A stretch of DNA of 64,000 bases, taken from NCBI GenBank assembly GCA_951406725.2, contig OX597814.1:115630001-115694000 (forward strand). The letters run 5' to 3'. The notes beneath the pieces are model-generated. The model searched no databases. It was not told the origin of the DNA and saw nothing but the letters and a program-made list of their open reading frames with translations. This DNA is from Octopus vulgaris. Its lineage: Eukaryota. Each line of letters opens with the position of its first letter. The stretch's first letter is position 1. Below are positions 12,897-25,998 of the stretch, piece after piece. The position numbers and the translations under genes are program-made.

Positions 12897-13376
12897 TGAG
12901 AGCTGATCAAAAAAGTAGACCTTAAACTCTGTCCTGCATGCACACTAAGTTATGGCATTCCTGCTCACTTCTGTTATTTGTAGCAGTGCTTGGGAGTAAA
13001 GTGTGTGAAGTGTGGTCGTCTAACCACATCACAGAAGAGTGATCATGGCAGAGAAAATGTTTGTAAGTGTGTGAGTGCATGCATAGAAAAGAGACACAGC
13101 TTGAAGGTTATTATGGTCAAGAATCTTTCCAAAAATCAAATCCCACTTGAAAGGAACAAGATTAAAACATCAGGGAAATCCACGCAAATACAATGAGGCA
13201 GCTTCTTGCTATCCCCCAAAAAAGGAGTTCTGGGAATGCTTCAAACAATGTTAGATAAAGTGTGTGGCTTCAGAAAGGGACAACTTTAAAGGAGATTAAA
13301 TGACAATGTGTTGTAGCTTGTGTTTTTTGGGGGTTTTTTTGTAGCACCAGTCCCAATACTTTTTGATCAGATTTCA
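12897..13376 (+). mobile_element. Internally deleted mariner element
   Basis: TA flanks, TIR tgagagctgatcaaaaaagta/tactttttgatcagatttca, and decayed C-terminal transposase FPKIKSHLKGTR...KCVASERDNFKGD at ~13125-13298. Confidence 0.7.
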
Positions 13377-14124
13377 TATGCCATTAACCCTTTAGCATTC
13401 AGATTTTTGTCAAATTCAAGGCTTATCTATTCTGAGAATAGAGCTTCAGGATTTCAATGATGCTAGTACAGCCTTCTGGCTTGCCAGTCCTCAGTCAAAC
13501 CGTCCAACCCATGCCATCAATGATGCTAGTGCAGCCTTCTGGCTTGCCAGTCCTCAGTCAAACCGTCCAACCCATGCCAGCATGGAAAGCAGACATTAAA
13601 TGATGATGACAATGACGACTAATTATTTCTAGAATGACACTGTAAGCTAGATATGGAAACTGCATCGCTCCAGTATGGACATCTAACAAGTATACTGTAT
13701 TGGCTGGATACGGCTGGTTTAAATGCTAAAGGATTAAACATAGTAATTAATGCAAAAAAGCCCCAGTTACAACAAAGGTCCTAATCCATCTGAAGAGACC
13801 CATAAATGAAATAAGAAAATTGAAAAATGAATCTAATTTTGGTATGATTCAACATAATTTTTTCTATAGCTTAAACGATACAGCATATTCTCTGGCCATA
13901 CTTTCTTTTTATCTTTTATTTTAGGCAATTTGACTGCAGCCATGCTGGGGCACCACTTTGAATTTTTAATCAAATGAACCGACCTCAGTACTTTTTTTAT
14001 TTTTATTTTAAGCCTGTTACTCATTCTATCAGTCACTTTTGCCAAATCACTAAGTCTCAGAGGTGTAAACAATCCAACACCAGTTGTCAAGTGACAGCAG
14101 GGGACAATCACAGACACAAAGACA

Positions 14125-14270
14125 CACACATATATAGATGTGTGTGCATGTATGTATGTGTATATATACATATATATATATATACATACATTATATATAT
14201 ATACACACATACATAGATACATACATTATATATATATATATATAATATATATATACACATATATACATAC

Positions 14271-14309
<39 letters not shown>

Positions 14310-14328
14310 TATACACATATATACAAAC

Positions 14329-14368
<40 letters not shown>

Positions 14369-14385
14369 TACATATACTCATACAC
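14125..14385. repeat. (TA)n/(CA)n compound microsatellite expanded inside a SINE
   Basis: Direct reading; many other (TA)n tracts occur throughout the window. Confidence 0.9.
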
Positions 14386-14869
14386 ACGACAGGCTTCTTT
14401 CAGTTTCGATCTACCCAATCCACTCACAAGGCTTTGGTTGGCCCAAGGTTAGAGTAGAAGACACTCAACTAAGATACCATGCTGTGGGTCTGAAACAGGA
14501 ATCATGTGGTAGGGAAGCAAACTGCTTACATACAATTCTTGCTATTTTCCAGGGTTTACTCCTATTGTAAGCACCTTTCAACATGAGCTCTCATTTTTCA
14601 CCCAGCCTATATCATCCATCCATATTACATGGATATCAATATTCCCCTTTCACCAAAATCATTTAACATTCAGGTTCCATACTGACATTCGATGCTCAGC
14701 TGTTTTATAAACTTTCAATTAGACCCCTTTCACAACCTGTACTCAACTCCTGGCTCTCGTACACAATCCACAACTAATATCTTTTACAGTGAGCCAATGA
14801 AGGAGCCTAAGCATACATGCTCAAACTGCTAGAAATAGTAGTCAAGTTTCACTCAAATCTCACCTAAAG

Positions 14870-15232
14870 AGTGGTTGTGTAGTAAGAAGTATGCTTCCCA
14901 ACATGGTTCCGTGTTCAGTTCCACTGCATGGCACTTTGGGCAAGTGTCTTCTACTATAGCATCAGGCCAACCAAAGCCTTGAGTGGATTTGGTAAATGGA
15001 AACTGAAAGAAGCCTGTCATACGTATGTGTATATATATGTGTGAGTGTGTGTGTTCAGACCAGCCACCATCGCTTGACAACCAATGTTGGTGTGTTTATG
15101 TCCCTATAACTTAGTGGTTCAGCAAAAAAGATTGATAGAATAAGTACAAGGTTTACAAAGAATAAGTCCTGGGATCACTTTGACTAAAGGCAGTGCTCCA
15201 GCATGGCCAAAGTCTGATGACTGAAACAAGTC
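14870..15232 (+). mobile_element. Representative tRNA-derived SINE family 1
   Basis: A/B-box-like head (gtggttgtgtagtaag...gttcagttcc), body ggcaagtgtcttctactatagc, central microsatellite and tail gactgaaacaag. Copies at ~5655-6340, 13905-14530(-), 19785-20170(-), 20995-21365(-), 33238-33572(-), 48670-49100(-) and 59700-60030. Confidence 0.85.
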
Positions 15233-17969
15233 AAAGGAGGAGAAAGGACGAAAAAGCATCTTAAAGCTAAAAGAATACATGAGATGTGATTATAGATCTG
15301 TGGTTCTCAGGATCCACATGGCCCTTGGGGATGCATATAAGATTTTGTCATTAAAATTTACCTGCAATACATTGGTTATACTTCCACAACAGACAAAATA
15401 TTTTAACAATTCTTTTATACAATTCCGAATAATATTTCATAATAAAAAAATATTTTTTTAAACATTGAATGGCTACGAGAGTCTGTCCAAGTAAAATAGC
15501 AAAACCAAGGGACCCACAGGAAAAAAAAATAGTTGAGAAGCACTGCATAGGAATACAGCATCTGAAAATAAGACTATATAGCCATGGCTAGATTGTCTTG
15601 TCTGAACAAACGTAAGATCAAAAGGTATTCAAACAGTAAACATAACATCTTTTTCTTTTTTAAGGCAGAACCACCTTATGAATCCTTCCACTTTCATGAG
15701 GGAAATTTGATGGTTATTTCTAGTAGATTGACTGACAGCACAACCTTAGTATATAGTACACAGTAAATAAGTCTGTTAGCTCAGTGAGTGTACTAATACA
15801 GAACACAAATAGCAAGAAGATACTTTTAACGTTACTTGCTGTGACTGACCTTGATTTTGATACAACTGAATAAGTTCTGGAGCTTGTAGTACAAAGAAAA
15901 GTATGCTTGAGTATGTATGTGTGTGTTTCAATGAAGGTTAACAAAGACTATACTAGCTTCATATTTAGAGAGAAGGTGGAGTGAACTATGTAACATCACA
16001 GCTTCTTTCCTTATTGGTAGTTCGTCAGTGGGGGGGAAGCTGAAATGCATAATCTACTGCATTTTTCACAGTATTATATAATTCTTGTTTAGCTCTCATT
16101 AAGCAGACCAGTAATCAAAGGTACTTCAGTGTTGACCATTCAGTCTTTTCGCATACTTATCAGAATGATCATCATCATCATCATTTAACTAACACTTTCC
16201 ATGCTGGCATGGGTTGGACAGTTTGACTGAGGACTGGCAAGCCTGTAGGCTACACCAGGCTCCAATCTGATCTCTCAAGGTTTCTACAGCTGGATGCCCT
16301 TCTTAACGCCAATCACTCAGAGTGTAGTGGATGCTTTTTATGTGCCACCGGCACAGGAGCCAATCAAGAGGCACTGGTATTGACCATGTTTGAATGGGGC
16401 TTTTACATGCCACCAGCATGGAAGCCAGTCATGGGGCACTGGCATCAACAACATTCAATGCATTTACTAAGATGGTTCAATAGGGGGAGGGTTAATGACA
16501 TTTTTGAAGGGTTAAACATAGCAGCTTCTTCATGTGAATGCATTCTATAATCCAGTCTTATCTTCCAAGTATATGTCCTAATTAAATTAATTACTCACAG
16601 AAAGAAAGTAAACAAATGAGAAAGCTTGTATGAGGTGACATTCGTTTGCACAAGCCAAGTGAAATCGTAGTTGTGGCCAATGCCAATGTCACATAACTGG
16701 CACCTGTGCTGGTGACAGATAAAAAGCACCATTCGAGTGCTGGACCTCACAGAGGTAATGTAGCCAATGCCAGTGTCACAGAACTGGTACCCGTGCCAGT
16801 GGTATGTAAAAAGCACCATTCAAGCATTGAGCCTCACTGAGGCAATGTAGCCAATGCTGGTATCACATAATTGGCATCCATGTTGGTGGCACATAAAAAT
16901 ACCCATTACACTCTTACAGCAGTTGGCATTAAGAAGGGCATCTAGCCATAGAAACCATGTCAAATCAGACTGGATTCTGGTGCAGCCTTCCAGCTTACCA
17001 GCCCTAGTCAAACCATCCAACCCATGCCAGCATGGGCAACAGACATTAAATGATGATGATGATGTGATGTTAAGACACACACATGCTAAACTAGGAGTTG
17101 TATGGTGGCAATCAGCTTCCTGAAAAAACTTCTTTTGATTTCAACATGGGATGAGGTGTGTAACTTACAATGTTAATAAACTCATTTTATATATTGTCTA
17201 TCTTTTGTCATCTTTATTAGCTGCATACATGCTCAAAGCTTACTAACTTTCTAAATTTGAATCACTGGCTCGTACATCCCCTGGGCAGCTGATTCCCACT
17301 ACAGAACATACTTTCTTTTCTCTCCCCAAATCATTGTCAAATCTGTTGAGCCTATATCTGAGGTTTACACAAGAATATTCCTGACTGGCTCCTGTGCTGG
17401 TGACACGTAAAAAGCACCCACTACACTCTCAGAGTGGCTGGCATCCAACTGTAGAACCCTTGCCAAATCAGATTGGAGCCTGATGCAGCCTCCCAGCTTG
17501 CCAGTCCTCAGACAAACCATCCAACCCATGCTAGCATGGAAAGTGGACGTTCAACGATGATGATGATTCCACCAATATTCTTTCATAGATGTGAATAATT
17601 CTTCCATATCACTAACTTCTTAACTTCACGACTATCTTTTCAAGGGATTACATCAGGTTTTGGGCCATAACATCAGGTCCCATGAATGCACACAGGTTTC
17701 TTGTTTTCAAAATGACAAGAGGTGTTTGAATCAAGACAGCTCCAGGGATTTGTGACTATGTGCATTAACATACACATGTGTATGTGTGGATATACTTGTA
17801 CTAATGTAATGGATAGGCATGTAACACAAAAGTGTATGATTACATATATATGCATGTTCATTTCTTGATCTTCTATGTAAATGAAGATATTTCCTTTGTT
17901 TTACTGCTTTGCTTTCTATGAAATGATAAGATACACTGCGGAACTGTTATTTCAACGAGTTGTGTATTT

Positions 17970-18077
17970 ATCACCTGATGAGACATCTGCACTGCCTGAT
18001 GCTCCTGAACCAGTTATTAAGTGTACCACTCGTGAGAGATCGATCGATGCTGGATGTGTCAAAACAATTGTTGCGAT
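17970..18077 (+). ncRNA. Decayed hammerhead motif with long stem II
   Basis: atcac-CTGATGA-gacatc...gatgtgtc-aAAA(G12 lost)-caattg(palindrome)-TT-gcgat, about 30 nt before a (TA)n tract. Confidence 0.55.
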
Positions 18078-18999
18078 AAATAAATTCTCATAAATTCCAT
18101 TTACCATATATATATATATGACAAAAGACCAAGACCTCTGGAGGTATGCTGTGACTGAGAAGACCCAGCAAATAAAGTGAGTCCACAGCTGTAATCTACA
18201 CCAGTGTCGCATAACCAACCCACTCAAAAGTACCTTGGATCACAGGGCGACATGCCATGCTCGAGACATCAACATCAAATCAAATAGAAATTGTAGTTGT
18301 GAGTCCCATGCCAGTAGCATGTAAAAAGCACCATCCAAATGTGGCTGATGCCAGCTCCTCTGGCCCCTGTGCCAGTGGTACATGAAAAGCACCCACTACA
18401 CTCTCGGAGTGGTTGGCATAAGGAAGGACATCCAGCTGTAGAAACACTGCCAGATTAGACTGGGGCCTGGTGCAGCTTCCTAGGTTCCCAGACCCCAGTC
18501 GAACTGTCCAACCCATGCCAGCATGGAAAACGGACGTTAAACGATGATGATGATATACACACACTACATTCATAAACAATTGCATGTTTATGTTCATTTC
18601 AGAAGCACAGACAGAAGAACATTTAGAAAGTTTTACCAATTTTCACTGAACCACTGATCAACTGCATTTGGAAAATTGGAATCAATTTGCTGTGTTCTTT
18701 CTTGTAAAATCACAATGTGGCTAGGCACATCTAGGCAAATCTATTGTAACACAAACAAGTGCATCTATGATATAATCAGTACAAATGACAATCTATAGCC
18801 TGGATGCAAGCACTCCAAGCTCTGCACTTTTCCACAACTTTAGATGAGGATTTTACATTCTTTAGGCAGCTGACCTCTACAATAGTGCATGACATATGTG
18901 CGAATGTATTTATGCATTTATGTGTGCATGTGTATGTGTAATGTAAATAACATTCTGGTTTCCACTCTTCTTCTTGTCTTGAGACAGCATTCACCCGGG

Positions 19000-19377
19000 G
19001 TGAGTTGAGCTGGCTTCATTCATCCTCAATGCTGCATCTCTCACAAATGCCGACCAGGCCTGGCGATTTGAGGCTAACGACCGCGCGATCTCCAACCACT
19101 CCCTATTCCAGCAGCAAACGCCATAGACATGGGGGCCCTAGGTTGGGTTCCAGATCAGCCTTGACTGTCATCAGCCAGGTTTTTCGTTGTCCACCACATT
19201 GCTTTCACCAACCCTAAAGGGGAGCTGGGGCAATTGCTTCATAGATGAATTCACCTGGTTGACGACGGAGGGCATGACCCAGCCAACGCAGACATCTTGT
19301 TAGGATGACTTGTCGGAGTGAGGTGATTTTGCACTGGTGTCGCACCGAATTGTTGGAGACAAAGTGATGCCATCTAT
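19000..19377 (-). mobile_element. Decayed RTE-like LINE C-terminal fragment (third subfamily)
   Basis: RWHHFVSNNSVRHQCKITSLRQVILQRCLRWLGHALRR...GGQRKTW. Confidence 0.7.
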
Positions 19378-22300
19378 TCTGGCTTCCACGTGATAAAGTA
19401 AATCACAGTAGCTGAGCCAATCAAGTATTTTGAGCTTTTAGAATGTAACGTGACATCCAACCTTTATTTGAAACGGTTGTTGGTTTCCCTTGTTTAACCC
19501 TAGGTCAGTCCTGACTGAACAGACCTGTGACATCCCAATCATGCCCAATTGTTAGAGAGTCTAGCCAGTGAGTCCTTTCTTTATGATGCTAGGATATGAT
19601 CTGACTTGACCGCTATTTCTAGCAAGTTAAGAACTATGTAGAAGCTCCCTCATTGGTTTATTTGAAGCCATGGTTTGCATGTGCACTAGTAAAATAAGTT
19701 TAAAACCAAAACCCTCCATGGCCAAATGTAGGCATATATTTATATTTTTGAAAATTAGCTTCTAATAATTACTGTATTTTCCCTTTTATCTTTTATTTAT
19801 TTGTTATTAGACTATGGCCATGCTAGAGCACTACCTTGAAGAATTTTTAGTCAAATGAATATCAACGCCAGTACATTTTTTTTAAAGCCAGGTTCTCATT
19901 CTGTTGATCTCTTTTGCTGATGGAAACACACCAACACCAATTGTCAAGTGGTTGTGGGGGACAGAGACAAAAAGACACACACACACGCATATTTATACAT
20001 ACAACAGGCTTCTTTCAGTTTCCGTCTACCAAATCCACTCACAAGGCTTTGGTCAGCCCAAGGCTATAGTAGAAGGAACTTGCCCAAGATACCACACAGT
20101 GGGACAGAACCCGGAAATGTGTGGTTGGGAAGCAAGCTTCTTACCACACAGCCACACCTACACCTATACTCATGTATAAGCCGTACTATTTTATACTCAT
20201 TTTTAACTGGAAAAACTTGAGTGTGACTTATACACAGAGCAAACTTAAAACTACGAGGAGAAAAAAAACTTGGTTCCAAAATTCAACACTAAATTACAAC
20301 CGCAACTTATACACAATACAGCATTTGTGAAATCCAAGTTTGATAAAAGGATCAAAGTTAGAAGTGATGACCTATTAGAATTACTCTGACTTTTATGGCG
20401 GCACTATTTCTGTAATCAGTTCAGGGAAAGAAAAAAGAAAATTTTGAAAAGATTCTGGTGTTGGTTAGGTGGGGAGTTTCCTGTAGTACAATGTAAACAA
20501 ATAGTTCCTTTCTGTAGTTATACAAATACAACTAATATCAGTAAATTATCTTAAATATAGCTTTGTGTTTGGGTCGCAATCAGCTCCAATATCATATACA
20601 AGATCACATCATTAAATTGAAGGTTTATTGACATAGGCTTATCACTTGGACTACAGAACAAGTTCAGTTTAACTTGAAACAAAAAGGCAGCTAACTGACA
20701 TTGAGAGAAAATAGCAAGAACAGAAGGATAAAAGTACAACTGAAAAGGTCAGGCAAGGCTATGATACACTTCAAGTGATGAACTGGAAATATCACAGCTG
20801 AAAAAAAATGAATAAATAAATAAAACAGGCCTTCAAAAGAACAACTTTAAGAAAGAAAATTATCTTTTGGCCCGAGGCTATAGTAGAAGACACTTGCCCA
20901 AGGTGCCATGCAGTGGGACTGAACCCAGAACCATGTGGTTGGTAAGGAGAGATAATAATAATAATTAATTCCTAATTCAATTCTCTTACATGATATTTTT
21001 TCTTTTATTTGCTTCAGTCATTTGACTGCAGCCATGCTGGAGTACCGCCTTTAGTCGAACAAATCAATCCCAGGACTTATTCTTTTCGTAAGCCTAGTAC
21101 TTATTTTATCAGTCTCTTTTGCTGAACAACTAAGTTGTGGGTATGTAAACACACCAACATCGGTTGTCAAGTGGTGAGTGGACGAACACACACATATAAA
21201 TAGGATGGGTTTCTTTTATTTCTGTCAGCCAAATCCAAACACAAGGCTTTGGTCGGCCCAAGGCTAGAGTAGAAGACGCTTGCCCAAGGTGCCACGCAGC
21301 GGGACTGAACCCGGAATCATGAGGTTGGTAAGCAAGCTACTTACCACAGAGCCACCCTTGCACCTATTGGACTGTGGCCATACTGGGATACCACTTTGAA
21401 AAATTTAGTGGAACAAACTGACCCTTAGTACTTTTTTTAAAGCCTAGTACTTATTCTATTGCAGAACCACTAAGTTATCTGAATGTGAACAAACTAACAC
21501 CAGCTGCTAAGCTGTGGTGGGAGACAACAAAGATACACACACACATATTGAATGCAGTTTCTGCCTACCAAATTTACTCACAAAGTATTGTTAGGCCAAG
21601 GATATAGCAGAAGACACTTGTCCAAGGTCCCATGCAATGGGACTGAACTTGAAACTATGTGGCAACAAAGCCAGCTTTTTAACCACACAGCCATGCCTGC
21701 ACCTATGTGTATTATACTTGAATGCACTCTCAATGCATTTTTCATGGACAAACATCAAGATAAAGCTACATCTGTCCAATTAAGTTTCCTGATATTTTTC
21801 ACAAGTACAGCAAATGGTTGAGGATCACAGATCTCTGTTGAAAAACTCAAGTATACAGAACAGCAGTAGTATATTTTTTGGTAAGAACAATCATTTATTG
21901 TTGCCTTCTTCACCACCACCACCATTTAACATCTGTTTTTCATACTGGCATGGGTTGGACAGTTTGACTGGACCTGCAAGTGACAGGACTGTTCCAACCT
22001 CTGTCAGCTTTCTATGGTTTCAATGGCTTGATGCCCTTCCGAAAGCCAACAAATTTATATAGTGTACTGAGTGCTTTTTTATGTGGCATCAACATCCATC
22101 AGGGTCATCATGTGGCCAATGTCAGGGACACATAAAAAGCACCTTTCAAGTACTGGGCCTGATGGAGGCAATGACAAATGACCAAGACCTTTGGCAATAT
22201 ACTGTACTTGAGAAGAAGACCCATGAAGTCAATTGAAATCATAGTCATGGCAGATACTGGTGTCATGCAAATGGCACATAAAAGCACCCATTACACTGTT

Positions 22301-22754
22301 ACAGTGGTTGGCATAAGGAAAGGCATCCAGTAATAGAAACCATGCCAACTCAGACTGGAGTCTAGTGAAGCCTTCCAACATACCAGCCCTGGTCAAACCA
22401 TCCAACCCATGCCAGCATGGACAACAGATGTTAAATGATGATGATGATTATCTCCATCTCCATTTTCAAAACATTTCATCATGACACTTTAACCTCAAGT
22501 TCTATTAGATTGCAAACTTTATACCACACAGAGAAATCAACTTGTGCTCGGAAAATCACTTTACATAAAGCAAATAAATTGAAATTTAATTCAAAATTTG
22601 CTTTAACACAGGAAATTAGTAAGAATACACTTGTGTCTAGCTCATTCACTTTGACTTTTAGAATGTATTAAGTATCATAAAAGATGCAGCTACACTTGAC
22701 AAATGAATGTTGAAAATATTAGGAGTCAAGCACTGCAAACTTATTTTATAACAA

Positions 22755-24400
22755 TACAGGTTTCGTTTTGTATAAAGGGAGAAGCACCACTGATGCTATA
22801 TTCCTGATGAGGCAACTGCAGGAGAAATATATAGCCAACGATAAACTTCTGTACTTGGCTTTTGTTGACTTGGAGAAAGCCTTTGACAGAGTTCCCTGTA
22901 CTCTTATCTGATGGTAAGTGCAGAAACTAGGGATAGACGAGTGATTAGTGAAAGCTGTACAAGCCATGTACAGGGATGCTACCAGTAAGATGAGGGTTAA
23001 CAATGAATGAATACAGCAAAGAATTCAGGGTACAAGTAGGTGTTCAACAAGGATAGGTCCTCAGTGCTCCTCTTGTTCATCATAGTCCTCCAAGTAATAA
23101 CAGAGGAATTCAAGACAGGCTGCCTCTGGGAGCTCCTCTATGCTGATGACCTTGTTCTTATAGATGAATCACCATCAGAACTAGAGAAGGTTTCAGGAAT
23201 AGAAGCAAGGTCTAGAATCAAAGGTTCCTAAAGTTAACCTAGCAAAATCCAGTCTTGGTGAGTAGGGAGGCAAACAAATCACAAATCCCTTCAGGCAGAA
23301 GGCCCTACTCAATCTGTATAAAAGGTGTAGGTAGAAACTCCCTAAGATGTACTCAGTGTAAGCTATGGACACAAGTGCAGCAATATCAGAGGAAGGTTAG
23401 CAGGGAAAAAAGATTTTGAATGTGGAAGATGCACAGGTACAACAAACACTGAAAATGTACAGAAAATAGACTCCATCAACTGCCAGCGGGGAAAGCTAGA
23501 GGTAGTAGATAGCTTCTGTTATCTCAGTGACCAAGTTAGTAGCAAAGGTGGATCTCCGAGAGCATAGCTGTGAGAATAAGAACAGGCTAGGCAAAGTTGA
23601 GAGAGTTCCCACCTCTGCTGGCAACAGAGTGAAAGGGAGATTGTATGATGCTTGTGTGCGAACAGCTATGCTACATGGTAGTGAAATGGCTGTGACAATT
23701 GAGGATATGTGTAGGCTTGAAAGAAATGAAGCCAGTATGCTTTGCTGGATGTGCAATGTCAGTGTGCATGTATGGCAGAGTGTAAGCATCTTGAGAGAAA
23801 GGTTAGGCATAAGAGGCATCAGATGGGAGTGTGCAAGAGAGATGACTGCGCTGGCATGGTCATGTGATGCGTATGGACAAGGACAGCTGTGTAAAGAAGT
23901 GCCTATCTCTGTGAAGGGAACCTGTAGTAGAGTTAGACCCAAAAAGACAGGGGATGAGGTGGTGAAGCATGATCTTCGAACTTTGAGCCTCACAGAGGCA
24001 ATGGCTGGTGAGCGAGACCTTTGGTGATATACTATACTAGAGAAGATCCGCCAAGCCAAGTGAAATCATAGTCATGGCTGAGGTCACATAACTGTCACAT
24101 AAAAAGCATCTTTTGAGTGTTTTGCCTTGAGGAGGTAATGACAAATGACCGAGACCATGGCATTATGTTGTGCTTGAGAAGAAGACCCAACAAGCCAAGT
24201 AAAATCGCAGTTGTGGCAGATACAGGTGTCATGCAAACAGCACCCATGCTGGTGGCACATAAAAGTACCCATTACACTCTTGGAGTAGTTGGCGTTAGGA
24301 AGGGCATCCAGTCATGGAAACCATGCCAAATCAGACTGGAGTCTGGTTCAGCCTTCCAGCTTGCTAGCCTTGGTCAAACCATCCATTAAATGATGATAAT
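22755..24400 (+). mobile_element. 5'-truncated RTE-clade LINE (decayed RT + 3'UTR with (GAT)n tail)
   Basis: STTDAIFLMRQLQEKY, LAFVDLEKAFDRV, ELLYADD and RLYDACVRTAMLHGSE, interrupted by stops and frameshifts. Confidence 0.9.
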
Positions 24401-24407
24401 GATATAT

Positions 24408-25998
24408 TGCATCAGGTAATGAAAGTTACAGAGAGAATCATAGCCCAACAAATTAGCGAGTTAGATGGGATGCAGTTTGGTTTTGTGCCACTGAGAAGCA
24501 CCACTGACGCTATATTTCTGATGAGGCAGCTGCAGGTGAAATACAGAGCCAAAGATAAACCTCTGTACTTTGCCTTTGTTTGACTTGGAGAAAGCCTTTG
24601 ACAGAGTCCCTTGATCTCTTATCTGATGGTCAATGTGGAAACTAGGGATAGACGAGTGGTTGGTGACAGCTGTACAAGCCATGTACAAGATGCTACCAGT
24701 AAGGTGAGGGTTAGCAATGAGTACAGCAAAGAATTCAGGGTACATGTAGGGGTTCACCAAGGATCAGTCTACATCACCCTCCTGTTCATCATTTTCCTGC
24801 AGGCAATAACAGAGGAATACAAGACAGGCTGTCCCTGGGAGCTCCTCTATGATGATGACCGTGTTCTTATAGCTGAATCACTACCTGAACTAGAAAAGAA
24901 GTTCCAGGTATGGAAGCAAGGTCTAGAATCTAAGGGCCTTAAAGTTAACCTAGCAAAATCCAAAGTTTTAGTAAGTAGGAAGGCAGACAAATCACAAATC
25001 CCTTCAGGTGGATGGCCCTGCTCAATCTGTAGAAAAGTTGTAGGTAAAAACTCCATAAGGTGCACTCAATGTAAGCTTGGATACATAAAAGGTGCAGGGG
25101 AAGGTTAACAAGGAAAATATCTTTTGTATGCGAAAGATGCACAGGTACAATAAACGCTGAAAATGGGCAGAAAATAGACTCCATCAACTGCCAGCAGGGC
25201 AAGCTAGAGGCAGTAGATAGCTTCTGTTATCTAGATGACCATGTTAGTAGTGGAGGTGGATGCTCCAAGAGCATAGCTACAAAGGGACTCTCTCTCAGAG
25301 TGAAAGGCAGATTGTTTGATGCCTGTGTGCAAACAGCTATGCTGCATGCCAGTGAAATATGGGCTGTGACAGCCAAGGATATACATAGGCTTGAAAGAAA
25401 TGAAGCCAGTATGCTTCACTGGATGTGCAATGTCAGTGTGCATGTTTGACAGAGTGTAAGCATCTTGAGAGAATAGTCAGTCATAAGAGACATCAGACGG
25501 AGTGTGCAAGAGACGACTGCGCTGGTATGGTCATGTTATGCGCATGGACGAGGTCAGCTGTGTAAAGAAGTGCCAATCTAACTGTTGTAGAGGTAGGCCC
25601 AGGAAGAAATGGAACGAGGTGGTGAAGAATGATCTTCGAACTTTGAACCTCACAGAAGCAATGACTAATAACTGAGACCCTGTGCTGGTGGAATGTAAAT
25701 ACCTTTCAAGCATTGAGCCCCACAGATGCAAAGTGGCTGAGGTACTCTCGAGTGTTGGGCCTCACGGAGGCAATGATCGAGACCTTTGGCATTATGACTT
25801 GCTTGAGAAGAAGACCCATCAAGCCAAGCAAATTACATTTGTGGAAGTTACCGGTGTCATGCAAATTAGCACATAAAAGCACCCCAGTGTTATGCAAATG
25901 GCACGTAGAAAACCATGCTAAATAAGACTGGAGTCTGGCACAGCCTTCCAGTGTTCCAGCCCATGCCAGCATGGACAACAGACATTAAATGATGATGA
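24408..25998 (+). mobile_element. Second RTE LINE copy directly after the tail of the first
   Basis: GVHQGS, WELLYDDD, WPCSICRK and (GAT)n tail (track ORF 24611-25108). Confidence 0.9.

Noticed and set aside
13456-13575. 62-bp tandem duplication at a MITE/LINE-tail junction
   Set aside because: Ordinary local duplication with no sign of function.
17952-18227. Minus-strand ORF/exon-like stretch (ASIDLSRVVHLITGSGASGSADVSS)
   Set aside because: Open only in phase 1 or 2 while the SBNO1 intron is phase 0 (in-frame stop), weak donor, and better explained as a hammerhead-bearing retroelement end on the plus strand.
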